The notes: generated by a model from the letters alone, not told the origin. A DNA stretch of 63,983 nt, filler included, from Vicugna vicugna (GCA_013265495.1; 81 parts of 80 records of this genome joined end to end with filler, not necessarily neighbours in it), one strand, 5' to 3'. Positions 24,117-36,714 are shown, counted from the first letter of the whole stretch. Numbers and translations are program-made.

Positions 24117-25018
24117 CAATATTCTGCATTCCGTATTCTACATTCCATATTGTGTGTTATACATTCTATATTCTAAAGTCGATATTCAGAATTCTGTATT
24201 GTATATTCTAAATTCTGTGTTCTACATTCCATGTTCTTAATTCTGGGTTCAATATTTTCTATTCTATATTCTATATTTTATGTTCATCATTCTGTATTGT
24301 TTGTTCCTTATTCTGCATTCGGTAGTCTATATTCTATATTCTGTGTTTAACATACTATATTCTATATTCTATACTCAGTATACTGTATTCTATATTCTAA
24401 ATTCTGTGTTCTGCATTCCATGTTCTAAATTCTGGGTTGTATATTCTCTAATCTATATTCTCTATTCTGTGTTCTACATTCTATATTCTAAATTTTATAT
24501 TCAGTATTCCTTATTCTTTATTCTAAATTCTGTGTTCAACATNNNNNNNNNNNNNNNNNNNNNNNNNNNNNNNNNNNNNNNNNNNNNNNNNNNNNNNNNN
24601 NNNNNNNNNNNNNNNNNNNNNNNNNNNNNNNNNNNNNNNNNNNATATTCTAAATGTTCTACTTTCTATATTCTGTATTCCATATTCTGCATTCCGTATAC
24701 TACATTCCATATACTGTGTTCTACATTCATATTCTAAATTCGATATTCAGTATTCTGAATTCTATATTCAAAATTCTGTGTTCTACATTCCATGTTCTAA
24801 ATTCTGGGTTCTATATTCTCTGTTCTATATTGTATATTTTGTGTTCATCATTCTATATTCTATATTCATTATTCTGCATTCCATAGTCTATATTCTATAT
24901 TCTGTGCTCTACATTCTATATTCAAAATCTGTATTCAGTATTCTGATTTCTATATTCTAAATACTGTGTTCGACATTCCATGTTCTAAATTTTGGGTTCT
25001 ATATTCTATATTCTATAT
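24117..25018. repeat. SatC
   Basis: 7-bp TTCT periodicity. Confidence 0.93.
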
Positions 25019-25118
25019 NNNNNNNNNNNNNNNNNNNNNNNNNNNNNNNNNNNNNNNNNNNNTTAATTAATTAANNNNNNNNNNNNNNNNNNNNNNNNNN
25101 NNNNNNNNNNNNNNNNNN

Positions 25119-26292
25119 TTTCCTAATGTCTCTGTGCCACGGAATGCTAGGGGGGTTTGTAGGGTATCTCACTGTCAGAGGCTGCCTCCCCAAGTTCAAG
25201 GAAGATTTTTCTCGGACTTCCCCGAACAGGGAACACCTGTGACTGAACAGAGATGCGTGGAGTATTCTCTAGCTACCCCACGCACTGACAATGGTTCCGG
25301 AATCCTGAGAGTGGGGAGGTTCCACCAACGGTCGGCAGCGCGTGAGTACAAACGGAATGCCTATGCTCGTCTCCCCTGAGGCTTTTCCTAATGTCTCTGT
25401 GCCAGGGAATGCTAGGGGGGTTTGTAGGGTATCTCACTGTCAGAGGCTGCCTCCCCAAGTTCAAGGAAGATTTTTCTCGGACTTCCCCGAACAGGGAACA
25501 CCTGTGACTGAACAGAGATGCGTGGAGTATTCTCTAGCTACCCCACGCACTGACAATGGTTCCGGAATCCTGAGCGTGGGGAGGTTCCACCAACGGTCGG
25601 CAGCGCGTGAGTACAAACGGAATGCCTAAGCTCGTTTCCCCTGGGGTTTTTCCTAATGTCTCTGTGCCAGGGAATGCTAGGGGAGATTGCAGTATATCCC
25701 AGTGTCAGAGGCTGTCTCCCCAAGCTCAGGGAAGTTATTTCTCGGACTTCCCCGAACAGGGAACACCTGTNNNNNNNNNNNNNNNNNNNNNNNNNNNNNN
25801 NNNNNNNNNNNNNNNNNNNNNNNNNNNNNNNNNNNNNNNNNNNNNNNNNNNNNNNNNNNNNNNNNNNNNNNNNNNNNNNNNNNNNNNNNNNNNNNNNNNN
25901 NNNNNNNNNNNNNNNNNNNNNNNNNNNNNNNNNNNNNNNNNNNNNNNNNNNNNNNNNNNNNNNNNNNNNNNNNNNNNNNNNNNNNNNNNNNNTCAGGGAA
26001 GATATTTCTCGGACTTCCCCGAACAGGGAACACCTGTGACTGAAGAGAGCTGCGTGGAGTTGTCTCTCGATCTCCCCCACGCACTGGCAATGGTTCCGGA
26101 ATCCTGAGCGTTGGGAAGTTCCACCAACGGTCGACAGCGAATGGGTTCTAACGGAATGCCTAAGCTCGTCTCCCCTGAGGGTTTTCCTAATATCTCTGTG
26201 CCAGGGAACGCTAGGGGAGACTGCAGGTTATCCCAGTGTCAGAGGTTGACTCCACAAGGTCAGGGAAGATATTTCTCTGACTTCCCCGAACA
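25119..26292. repeat. SatA, including 265-bp variant monomers
   Basis: GGACTTCCCCGAAC at 25214, 25479 and 25744 (265 bp). Confidence 0.95.
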
Positions 26293-26392
26293 NNNNNNNN
26301 NNNNNNNNNNNNNNNNNNNNNNNNNNNNNNNNNNNNTTAATTAATTAANNNNNNNNNNNNNNNNNNNNNNNNNNNNNNNNNNNNNNNNNNNN

Positions 26393-27534
26393 CGAGCTTA
26401 GGCATTCCGATAGAACCCACGCGCTGCGGACCGTTGGAGGAACCTCCCGACGCTCGAGATTCCGGAACCATTGTCAGTGCGTGGGGGAGCTCGAGAGAAA
26501 ACTCAATGCATCTCTCTTCAGTCACAGGTGTTCCCTGTTCGGGGAAGCCCGAGAAATACCTTCCCTGAACTTCGGGAGGCAGCCTTTGACACTGGGATAT
26601 CCTGCAATCACCCCTAGCATTCCCTGGCACAGAGACATTAGGAAAACCCTCAGGGGAGACGAGCTTAGGCATTCCGTTAGAACCCACGCGCTGCCGACCG
26701 TTGGTGGAACCTCCCCACCCTCAGGATTCCGGAAAAATCGTCAGTGCGTGGGGGAGTTCGGGAGACAACACCATGCAGCTCTATTCAGTCACAGGAGTTC
26801 CCTGTTCGGGGAAGCCCGAGAAATACCTTCCCTGAACTTCGGGAGGCAGCCTTTGACACTGGGATATCCTGCAATCACCCCTAACATTCCCTGCCACAGA
26901 GACATTAGTAAAAACTTCAGGGGAGATGAGCTTAGACATTCCGTTAGAACCCACGCGCTACCGACCGTTGGTGGAACCTCCCCACGCTCAGGATTCCGGA
27001 ACCATTGTCAGTGCGTGGGGGAGCTCGAGAGACAACTCCACGCAGCTCTCTTCAGTCACAGGTGTTCCCTGTTCGGGGAAGTCCNNNNNNNNNNNNNNNN
27101 NNNNNNNNNNNNNNNNNNNNNNNNNNNNNNNNNNNNNNNNNNNNNNNNNNNNNNNNNNNNNNNNNNNNNNNNNNNNNNNNNNNNNNNNNNNNNNNNNNNN
27201 NNNNNNNNNNNNNNNNNNNNNNNNNNNNNNNNNNNNNNNNNNNNNNNNNNNNNNNNNNNNNNNNNNNNNNNNNNNNNNNNNNNNNNNNNNNNNNNNNNNN
27301 NNNNNNNNNNNNNAGCTCTCTTCAGTCACAGGTGTTCCCTGTTCGGGGAAGTCCGAGAAATACCTTCCCTGACCTTGGGGAGGCAGCCTCTGACACTGGG
27401 ATAACCTGCAATCACCCCTAACATTCAGTGGCACAGAGACATTAGGAAAACCCTCAGGGGAGACGAGCTTAGGCATTCGGATAGAACATACACGCTGCCG
27501 ACCGATGGTGGAACCTCCCCACGCTCAGGATTCC
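26393..27534. repeat. SatA, reverse orientation
   Basis: GAGCTTAG at 26394, 26661 and 26928 (267 bp). Confidence 0.95.
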
Positions 27535-27634
27535 NNNNNNNNNNNNNNNNNNNNNNNNNNNNNNNNNNNNNNNNNNNNTTAATTAATTAANNNNNNNNNN
27601 NNNNNNNNNNNNNNNNNNNNNNNNNNNNNNNNNN

Positions 27635-27820
27635 TTTCAAAATTTTAGAATAGATAAACAAGATTACACTGTCTAGCACGGGGAAATATATGCAAAATAT
27701 TATGATAATTTAGAGAGAAAAAATGTGACAATGAGAGTGTATATGTCCATGAATGACTGAAAAATTGTGCTGAACACTGGAATTTGACACAACATTGTAA
27801 AACTATAATAAATAAAAAAG
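27635..27820 (+). mobile_element. Young LINE-1 3' end with A-rich tail
   Basis: GAATAGATAAACAAGATTACACTGTCTAGCACGGGG...TGACACAACATTGTAAAACTATAATAAATAAAAA. Confidence 0.85.
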
Positions 27821-28429
27821 AATCCTAATAAACATATAACCAAGAAGATACATTGATTTCAAATAAGCAAAAGAAAAGATGATCCATATCATATATCATC
27901 AGGGAAATGCAAATTAAAACAGTGAGACACCACTGGGCATCTATGAGAATGACCAAAATCTAGGGCACTGACAGTACCATACGCTAGTGAGGGTGTGCAA
28001 TAACAGGAACACTCAAAGTTTGCTGCTGAGAATGCAAAATGATACAGCCATTCTGGAACAGAGTTTGATGATTTCCTACAAAACCAAATATACTCTTACG
28101 ATATGATCCAGCACTCACATTCCTAGGTATTTACCCAAAGGAGTTGAAAACATGTCCACACAAAAACCTGCATTCAAATATTGATAGCAGCTCTGTTTAT
28201 AATTGGCAAGGCTTGGAGGCAATCAAGATGTCCTTCAGTAGGTGATGAATAAATTAAGGTATTTCCTGATGGTGCAGTATTATTAAGCCCTAAAAAATGA
28301 GCTGTCAAGTCATGAAAAGGCATAAGGGAAACTTAAATGCGTATCTCTAAGTAAAAGAACCCAGTCTGAAAGGCTACATGCTGCAGAGTCTAACTATAGA
28401 ATATTCTGGAAAAGGCAAAACAATGGAGA
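27821..28429 (+). mobile_element. Old L1M (L1MB/MC-like) ORF2 end and 3'UTR
   Basis: CATCAGGGAAATGCAAATTAAAAC, TATGATCCAGCACTCACATTCCTAGGTATTTACCCAAAG, TCTGGAAAAGGCAAAAC. Confidence 0.85.
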
Positions 28430-28659
28430 NNNNNNNNNNNNNNNNNNNNNNNNNNNNNNNNNNNNNNNNNNNNTTAATTAATTAANNNNNNNNNNNNNNN
28501 NNNNNNNNNNNNNNNNNNNNNNNNNNNNNAAAAGAAATTTCTCCTGAAAACAAGAAATTAAATTCTTGGGAAGACGATGTGTTCAGCTTGAAATGACAGT
28601 AATATTTTAATGACCTTGGTCTGATAATATCCTGCCTTATAATTTGATATGTTTGGCAG

Positions 28660-28783
28660 CTGGGTCATGAATGTAATGGTGCCACAGTTTCGGGAGCAGA
28701 ACAGACCACCCAACGATGGGAGCGGGACAACCATCTGTATCCCATGGACAGACTGGGGTTATTTTATGAATACCCTGAAATAA
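28660..28783 (+). pseudogene. ANO6: Decayed anoctamin-6 (TMEM16F)-like exon (unprocessed duplicate)
   Basis: After acceptor TTGGCAG: WVMNVM / frameshift / ATVSGAEQTTQRWERDNHLYPMDRLGLFYEYPEI, versus ANO6 as recalled, PWIMNLIGRFHRVSGSEKITPRWEQDYHLQPMGKLGLFYEYLEM. Donor reads GCAAGT. Confidence 0.8.
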
Positions 28784-29360
28784 GCAAGTCATCAGTGGAG
28801 GTTTCGGTGTTGTTGGTTATACTAGAGTATGTTTTGGGTCTCAGAAGCATCGGTTACCGAGCCAAACAATGACCTAGCATACCGAAACGGAGCCCGCTTT
28901 TCTCCATTAGATGCAATTATGCAGTCAGGCTTTCAAATAGGGTGCCTGTGTGTANNNNNNNNNNNNNNNNNNNNNNNNNNNTATTTATGTTGTACAAAGC
29001 TGAAGATTTACTGCCAAGGAATGAAATGGAATACTCATTCAGGTACGTCTCCATCATTGATTCTCAGATCCTTCTGGTCATGTCGTCTAAGAATGAACTC
29101 AGAATCGTTACTAGATCTGACTCAGCTCGGGCTGTAGCCCGTGTGGCACAGCTGTTGGCTGATTTCCTTCTTAACAGTCATGTGAGCCAGCCAACCTGTG
29201 CAGAAAGCCCACAAAAGCATCCTGCCTCATGGCAGCAAGGTTCACAGGGTCACCCCTTCCNNNNNNNNNNNNNNNNNNNNNNNNNNNNNNNNNNNNNNNN
29301 NNNNTTAATTAATTAANNNNNNNNNNNNNNNNNNNNNNNNNNNNNNNNNNNNNNNNNNNN

Positions 29361-29665
29361 CATTTGTCGTACTTCATGTGCATGAAGCTCAATCCTGATT
29401 GGTTATTTCTCAAACTCCTGATTCATCTATTTCTACAAAGCTTGTTCCTGGTTGGTCAACTTCCGTTATACTTTATTTGCATACGATGTTGCAGCGTATA
29501 CAACTGGCACCCTATAAAGGTCTGAGTAAACCCCCAGACGGGGTCCAGAGCTTGGAGTGTTAACTCCTGTGCCCTCATTGGCATAATAAATCTTAGTTCT
29601 CCAACTCTCGGAGTGCTGCTTGGTCTCTCGCCGGGAACCGAGCTGTAACACATTTTTCCGCAACA
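29361..29665 (+). mobile_element. ERV LTR (3' part of U3, R, U5), solo or 3' LTR
   Basis: ATTGG box ~29398, octamer ATTTGCAT 29475, TATAAA 29513, AATAAA 29585, terminal CAACA 29661-29665; no primer-binding site after. Confidence 0.7.
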
Positions 29666-30279
29666 AAAGGAGAGAGGAGAAAGAGGTGCACATAGAAAAG
29701 ACTGAGAAGAAGGCAGGGAGGCTGAGAGGAGCTGGAGTGGGGCTAGTTTCGGGGTCCATGTTCCTCCTCTGCTCCTGGGGACGGGGCTTGGGGCCATATG
29801 GGGACAGAAGCCCCCACACAGTCCACTGCTGGGTCCTTCCCCCAAGTGGCAGCTCCACACACAGGCAGGGTCTGTGGAGGTCGAAGCTCGGCCTATGTCC
29901 CCTGAGAGGAAACACTTGCTACCACATCCAGTGAGCCCCAGTGCCCGGCCCCTTCAGTGGGAGCCTGAGTGGGGTTCAGGCTTGGTGGGTTCTGCAGACT
30001 CACACCGCTCCCTGGTGTTGCTCGCTGAATGTTCATGGTGCTGAAAATGATGCAGAAGGGATGGCAGCCCTTTTTTCCTTGCTAGTAATAATCAGTCACT
30101 GAATAATCAAACGAGGGAATAAAATAATAATGCGCAATACATGTCTCTGAGTCCCTTTGACTTCCCTTTGAAGTCTTTGNNNNNNNNNNNNNNNNNNNNN
30201 NNNNNNNNNNNNNNNNNNNNNNNTTAATTAATTAANNNNNNNNNNNNNNNNNNNNNNNNNNNNNNNNNNNNNNNNNNNN

Positions 30280-31005
30280 AATCCCTTAGCTTGTCTTCCC
30301 TGAAGGCATGCCTAGGTTGGAGAGTGGGGGAAAGTGAGGGTTGGGCTCTAAGCCAAGAATTAGCGAGAGCCTATCCATGGGATGTGGGTTTTTAAACTAC
30401 AACCCACAGCCATGGAATAAATATGCCCCCTGAAAGATGCTTTGACTGTTTCCCTACATCCAGCACACCCACGGAGATGTGTTCTGGTATTCTGAGTGTG
30501 GGGGGTTCCTCAAACTGACAGCAGCACCTGGGTTCTTTTAGTATCNNNNNNNNNNNNNNNNNNNNNNNNNNNNNNNNNNNNNNNNNNNNNNNNNNNNNNN
30601 NNNNNNNNNNNNNNNNNNNNNNNNNNNNNNNNNNNNNNNNNNNNNNNNNNNNNNNNNNNNNNNNNNNNNNNNNNNNNNNNNNNNNNNNNNNNNNNNNNNN
30701 NNNNNNNNNNNNNNNNNNNNNNNNNNNNNNNNNNNNNNNNNNNNNNNNNNNNNNNNNNNNNNNNNNNNNNNNNNNNNNNNNNNNNNNNNNNNNNNNNNNN
30801 NNNNNNNNNNNNNNNNNNNNNNNNNNNNNNNNNNNNNNNNNNNNNNNNNNNNNNNNNNNNNNNNNNNNNNNNNNNNNNNNNNNNNNNNNNNNNNNNNNNN
30901 NNNTCTATGTGTTGGTGTTTAAACTACATCCCTAACCTGGGAACACCTGTGACCCCATTGAGATACGTGGAGTCTGTTTCCACACCTCCAGCACACACAC
31001 GAACA
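30280..31005. repeat. SatE
   Basis: TTTAAACTACATCCCTAACCTGGGAACACCTGTGAC; matches subunits of 8787-9341. Confidence 0.85.
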
Positions 31006-31105
31006 NNNNNNNNNNNNNNNNNNNNNNNNNNNNNNNNNNNNNNNNNNNNTTAATTAATTAANNNNNNNNNNNNNNNNNNNNNNNNNNNNNNNNNNNNNNN
31101 NNNNN

Positions 31106-31898
31106 TTCTAAATTATATATTCAGTATTCTGTATACTATATTCTAAATTAGGTGTTCTGCATGCCGTGTTCTAAAATCTGGCTTCTATATACTATATTCT
31201 CTTTTCTATATTCTGTGTTATTCATTCTATATTTTAAATTCTATTTTCTGCATTCAGAATTCTACATTCTAAACTCTGTGTTCTACAATCTATTTTTTAA
31301 ATTCTGTGTTCTGCGTTCAATGTTCTAAATTCTCTGTTCTGTATTCTGTATTCTATATTCTATATTCTGTGTTTTGCATTCTATATTCTAAATTCTGTGA
31401 TATGCATGCNNNNNNNNNNNNNNNNNNNNNNNNNNNNNNNNNNNNNNNNNNNNNNNNNNNNNNNNNNNNNNNNNNNNNNNNNNNNNNNNNNNNNNNNNNN
31501 NNNNNNNNNNNNNNNNNNNNNNNNNNNNNNNNNNNNNNNNNNNNNNNNNNNNNNNNNNNTAAATTCTCTAAACTCTATTCTATATTCTGTGTTCTACATT
31601 CTATATTCTAAATTCTATATTCAGTATTCCGTATTCTATATTCTATACTCTGTGTTCAACATTCAATACTGTAAATTTATATTAAGTATTCTGTATAGTA
31701 TATTCTAATTTCTATGTCCTGCTTTCCATGTTCTAAGTTCTGGGTCTAAATTCTCTATTGTATATGCTATAATCTGTGTTCTACATTCTATATTCTAAAT
31801 TCTAAATTCAGTATTCTGTATTCTATATTCTAAATTCTGTGTTCTACATTCTATATTCTAAATTTTATATTCAGTATTGTGTATTCTATATTCTAAAT
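31106..31898. repeat. SatC
   Basis: 7-bp TTCT periodicity. Confidence 0.93.
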
Positions 31899-31998
31899 NN
31901 NNNNNNNNNNNNNNNNNNNNNNNNNNNNNNNNNNNNNNNNNNTTAATTAATTAANNNNNNNNNNNNNNNNNNNNNNNNNNNNNNNNNNNNNNNNNNNN

Positions 31999-32176
31999 GA
32001 GTTTCTTCTGTATAGCACAGGGAACTATATCAATATCTTGTAGTAACCTATAATGAAAATTAATATGAAAAGGAATATATGTATGTACATGTATGATTGA
32101 ATCATTATGCTATCCATCAGAGATTGACACAACATTGTAAACTGACTATACTTCAATTTAAAAAAGGAAAAAAAAA
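31999..32176 (+). mobile_element. Cetartiodactyl-type LINE-1 3' end with poly(A)
   Basis: CTGTATAGCACAGGGAACTATATCAATATCTTG...ACATTGTAAACTGACTATACTTCAATTTAAAAAAGGAAAAAAAA. Confidence 0.85.
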
Positions 32177-33064
32177 TCCTCAATATTTTTCTGATATCAT
32201 TTATTTCATTCCTGTGAATTATTTTTCTTTTTTTCTTGTTTTTTCTCTCTTCTAATGTTCTCTAAGCTCCTTCCTCTCTTTTTCCTTCTCTTTTTTTCTT
32301 CTCTTTTTTCCTTCTCTCCTCCCCTTTCANNNNNNNNNNNNNNNNNNNNNNNNNNNNNNNNNNNNNNNNNNNNNNNNNNNNNNNNNNNNNNNNNNNNNNN
32401 NNNNNNNNNNNNNNNNNNNNNNNNNNNNNNNNNNNNNNNNNNNNNNNNNNNNNNNNNNNNNNNNNNNNNNNNNNNNNNNNNNNNNNNNNNNNNNNNNNNN
32501 NNNNNNNNNNNNNNNNNNNNNNNNNNNNNNNNNNNNNNNNNNNNNNNNNNNNNNNNNNNNNNNNNNNNNNNNNNNNNNNNNNNNNNNNNNNNNNNNNNNN
32601 NNNNNNNNNNNNNNNNNNNNNNNNNNNNNNNNNNNNNNNNNNNNNNNNNNNNNNNNNNNNNNNNNNNNNNNNNNNNNNNNNNNNNNNNNNNNNNNNNNNN
32701 NNNNNNNNNNNNNNNNNNNNNNNNNNNNNNNNNNNNNNNNNNNNNNNNNNNNNNNNNNNNNNNNNNNNNNNNNNNNNNNNNNNNNNNNNNNNNNNATTCA
32801 AAAAAGCAAAGTCCTGTCCTTTGGCATTTGTTTATCTTTCTTGTTTCCCACTTTTGTCAGTATTTTACCAGCACTGTACAAAAAAATATATGCATATGCA
32901 GATGCTGAAATGGCATAAATTCTAATATTTAAAGAATAGATGGACAGACTAAATGTGATCATTTNNNNNNNNNNNNNNNNNNNNNNNNNNNNNNNNNNNN
33001 NNNNNNNNTTAATTAATTAANNNNNNNNNNNNNNNNNNNNNNNNNNNNNNNNNNNNNNNNNNNN

Positions 33065-33826
33065 ATTACAGAAATACAAAAAATGATTATGAAAGCAGTA
33101 TGAGCTATTGCATGACAACAAATTTGACGACCTAAAAGAAATGGACAAATTTCTAGAAATGTACAGCCTGACCACAATGAATAAAAGAATACTGAGAACT
33201 TGAAAAGAGCAATCGGTATAAGTTAAGTAACATCTATAATTTAAAAAACACCCCTTGAACAAAATGCCTGGATGCCTTCACTAAAACCTCTTTACCCCCA
33301 AGTATTTTAAAAAATGATGGAGGAAGGAAAATTCCCAAAGTTATTCTATGAGGCCACCATTACCCTGATAACAAAATCAGTCAAAACACTAACAAAAATG
33401 AATGAAAATGAATATCCAATATCCTTGATTAATATACACTCAAAAATCCTTGAAATACAGCAACAAATGAATCCAGCAATACATAGAAAGGATTATACAT
33501 GATGATCATTTGGATTCCTTCCAGAGTCACTAGGATGATTCAAAATACACAAGTCAATCAGCGTGACACATATCTAACAAAGGAAGGACAAAACTCACAA
33601 GATGCTGTCACAATACATAAAGAAAAAACATTTGACAATATTCAACATACATTCATCATCAGAAATCTCATGAAAGTGAGTACAATGGGAACATCTCTCA
33701 ACATACTAAAGGCCATTTATAACAATTTATAATACTCAGGGGAAAAGCTGAACGAATTCTGGGTAAATTCGGGAACAGGAAAAGGATTCCTACTCTCACC
33801 ACTTGTGTTCAATAGTAATAGAAGAA
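33065..33826 (+). mobile_element. LINE-1 ORF2 decayed fragment (pre-RT and RT)
   Basis: EEGKFPKLFYEATITLITK, YPISLINIHSKIL, EKTFDNIQHTFI; multiple frameshifts. Confidence 0.9.
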
Positions 33827-33926
33827 NNNNNNNNNNNNNNNNNNNNNNNNNNNNNNNNNNNNNNNNNNNNTTAATTAATTAANNNNNNNNNNNNNNNNNN
33901 NNNNNNNNNNNNNNNNNNNNNNNNNN

Positions 33927-34132
33927 CCCCATATATATGTATGGAGTGGAGTTTACAACTGGAAAGAAACTAAGTGTTCTTTTCAATCTAGGTGAAGGGC
34001 GGCTTTCAGACACACTTATCTCTCAGAACTGAGCATGTGGAGAGACGTTCGTTCATCCAGCACAAAGGGAAAGGGTTGCAGGAGAAACCCTTACTCTGGT
34101 TTCTGAGTCTGTTTCCTAGTGCCGGTTTGAAG
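33927..34132. repeat. SatB, reverse orientation
   Basis: TCTCAGAACTGAGCATGTGGAGAGACGTTCGTTCATCCAG. Confidence 0.93.
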
Positions 34133-34799
34133 NNNNNNNNNNNNNNNNNNNNNNNNNNNNNNNNNNNNNNNNNNNNTTAATTAATTAANNNNNNNNNNNN
34201 NNNNNNNNNNNNNNNNNNNNNNNNNNNNNNNNAGCCGGGACCCTCCACACCTCTGCTTCTCTCTCTCCCGAGGCCCCACTGCCAAGCCCCCAGGTTCCCT
34301 GATCTTCTGTCCTTCTACTCTACTTCAAGCCCTTTTCCTCTTCCTTTATTCCCTGATTATCCCTAGCTGGAGTGATTTTCCCATCACAAAATCTGAAAAA
34401 ATTTCCTGCAGCTGAAAAAGAGGTCTCCAGAGGTCAATACCCATATGGTGGTTCCTGAAGAGAGCCCCTGGTTAGGGGGACCCTCACCAACACATATGAG
34501 GCATGTTGTGGGGTCGGCCACCCCCAACAAGAGTTTGCTGTGACCCCAAGGCACGCAGAGCATCCCTGCTCACTAAAGTGTAGTTGTGGTCCGTTATTAA
34601 GAAGCAAAAATTAAAAAATTGCTCATGTTTCTTACTAANNNNNNNNNNNNNNNNNNNNNNNNNNNNNNNNNNNNNNNNNNNNTTAATTAATTAANNNNNN
34701 NNNNNNNNNNNNNNNNNNNNNNNNNNNNNNNNNNNNNNTGTTACTGGTTAAAACAGTTATTTGTGGTTCCATGAATATAGGATAAGTAAGAAAGAGACA

Positions 34800-35430
34800 T
34801 TAAACCAATAAGCAAATAAATATATGACGTACTGCCAGGTACTAATAGTTGCCACAAAGAAACATAAAGCATATTAGGAGAGAAAATTATTGAATAGGAA
34901 ATATGTGCGTGTCATTTTAAATAATGTGGTCAGATAAGTCCTCTCTGAGGGTAAAAAAATTTGAATAAAGTCCTGAATGAAGCAAAAGAATAAGCCATGT
35001 AGGTAACAGACAAAAATAGCCTCCCAGGCCGGGAGAAGTGTAAGTACGAGACTTGTAGTTAGAAACACAGCTGTCCTGGTGGGGACCATCGGGGCGGTGA
35101 AGATGGGCTGGAGCAGAAAGTTGAGAAGTGAGGCTGCAGAGACTGGTGAGGGTCCGGATCACACAGGACCTTGGTAGGGACTCTGGATATCTTTCTGAAT
35201 ACAGTGGAAAATCACTAGAGTATTTTGCAAAGCGGAACAACTTTATCCTATTCATACTTTAATAAGATCGTTGTGGGTAACGTATGGGGAATAAGCAATG
35301 GAAGCAGGGCAAGGTAAGCTGATGGGAAGCCAGTGGGAAGAGTGCTGCTGACCTGGAGAGAGACACCGAAATGATGGGCTGGGATGAAGGTGGGAGACGG
35401 GCTGAAAGGGGGACACGATTTGACAGTAAC
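34800..35430 (-). mobile_element. L2 LINE remnant
   Basis: GTGGTCAGATAAGTCCTCTCTGAGG...TTTGAATAAAGTCCTGAATGA...CAGTGGAAAATCACTAGAGTATTTTG, typical of antisense L2 3' region. Confidence 0.7.
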
Positions 35431-35750
35431 GGTCACAGGCCTTAATGCTCGAGTTGGACACAGACACAGAGTGATTCAGGGTGATAGGTGTGTGATATTT
35501 TGTGCTGAGACACTGTTTTTGTGCAGAGACCTCACAGGAGAATAAAGTGGGGACGTTGACGTCAGTAAGAACAGTTGGTGGGTGTTGAATTCCCCATACA
35601 GCCGTGTCTCTCTTTCTCTGTAGATGAAGTCAGCAGAGCAGGGATGGGTGNNNNNNNNNNNNNNNNNNNNNNNNNNNNNNNNNNNNNNNNNNNNTTAATT
35701 AATTAANNNNNNNNNNNNNNNNNNNNNNNNNNNNNNNNNNNNNNNNNNNN

Positions 35751-36614
35751 TCGCTCAAAGAGTGTTTTCTGGTGTCAAATGTCCGATTTTAGAAAATGGT
35801 GATAGAAAAAACTTATGAAGTCAGAGTAAATCTTTCTAAGTGTACATATGCCTTGTATGGTGGATGAAAGTTCAATATTCCACATGCTCACAACTCAGAG
35901 ACTCATGTTTTCGTATCTGTCATGCATATAGCATGTACGGAACCCGGAATGCCATGTTGATGGAATTCATGTAAATTACATATCTNNNNNNNNNNNNNNN
36001 NNNNNNNNNNNNNNNNNNNNNNNNNNNNNNNNNNNNNNNNNNNNNNNNNNNNNNNNNNNNNNNNNNNNNNNNNNNNNNNNNNNNNNNNNNNNNNNNNNNN
36101 NNNNNNNNNNNNNNNNNNNNNNNNNNNNNNNNNNNNNNNNNNNNNNNNNNNNNNNNNNNNNTATGTAGCATGTACGGAACACGGAATATTATGTAGATGG
36201 AATCTATTCAAATTACATATCTCTAGGTTAGAATTCGCACCAAGAGGGTTTTTCTGGGATCAAAGTGTGATTCTTGAAACTGGTGATAGGAAGAAGCAAC
36301 CAAGTCAACGTAAATATTTCAAAGTGCATAGGTAACTTGTTTGGTGGTTGTAACATCAGTCATGCGCATGTTCACAACTCAGAAATGCATGTTTGAGGAA
36401 TCCGTGATGCATGAAACATGTTCGGAATACGGAAATCCATGGTTATGTAAAAAATGTAAATTCATGTATTTTGGTGAGAATTCACTCAAAGAGTGTATTC
36501 TGGTGCCAAACCTCTGATTTAAAACCTGGTGATAGATAAAAACTATGAAGTCAGAGTAATCATTTCTAGGGGTATATATGCCTTGTTTCGTGGATGAAAG
36601 ATCAGTAATCCACA
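35751..36614. repeat. SatD, order 1-2-(gap)-3-1
   Basis: CACATGCTCACAACTCAG ~35881; CATGCGCATGTTCACAACTCAGAAATGCATG ~36361. Confidence 0.9.
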
Positions 36615-36714
36615 NNNNNNNNNNNNNNNNNNNNNNNNNNNNNNNNNNNNNNNNNNNNTTAATTAATTAANNNNNNNNNNNNNNNNNNNNNNNNNNNNNN
36701 NNNNNNNNNNNNNN

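Noticed and set aside
24280..24960. Hydrophobic 'YILYSVF' ORFs (also 1144, 54699, 62839 and others) resembling membrane proteins
   Set aside because: These are translations of the 7-bp SatC repeat; the same peptide appears in all three frames.
26481..27404. 307-aa ORF (and similar ORFs at 42398, 25607, 53760) with 89-aa repeats
   Set aside because: The 267-bp SatA monomer is divisible by 3 and GC-rich, so open frames arise on both strands. Other copies have stops and indels, and part of the ORF is N.
34233..34638. Possible ERV leader or internal fragment
   Set aside because: No primer-binding site, LTR end or coding motif that I could confirm.
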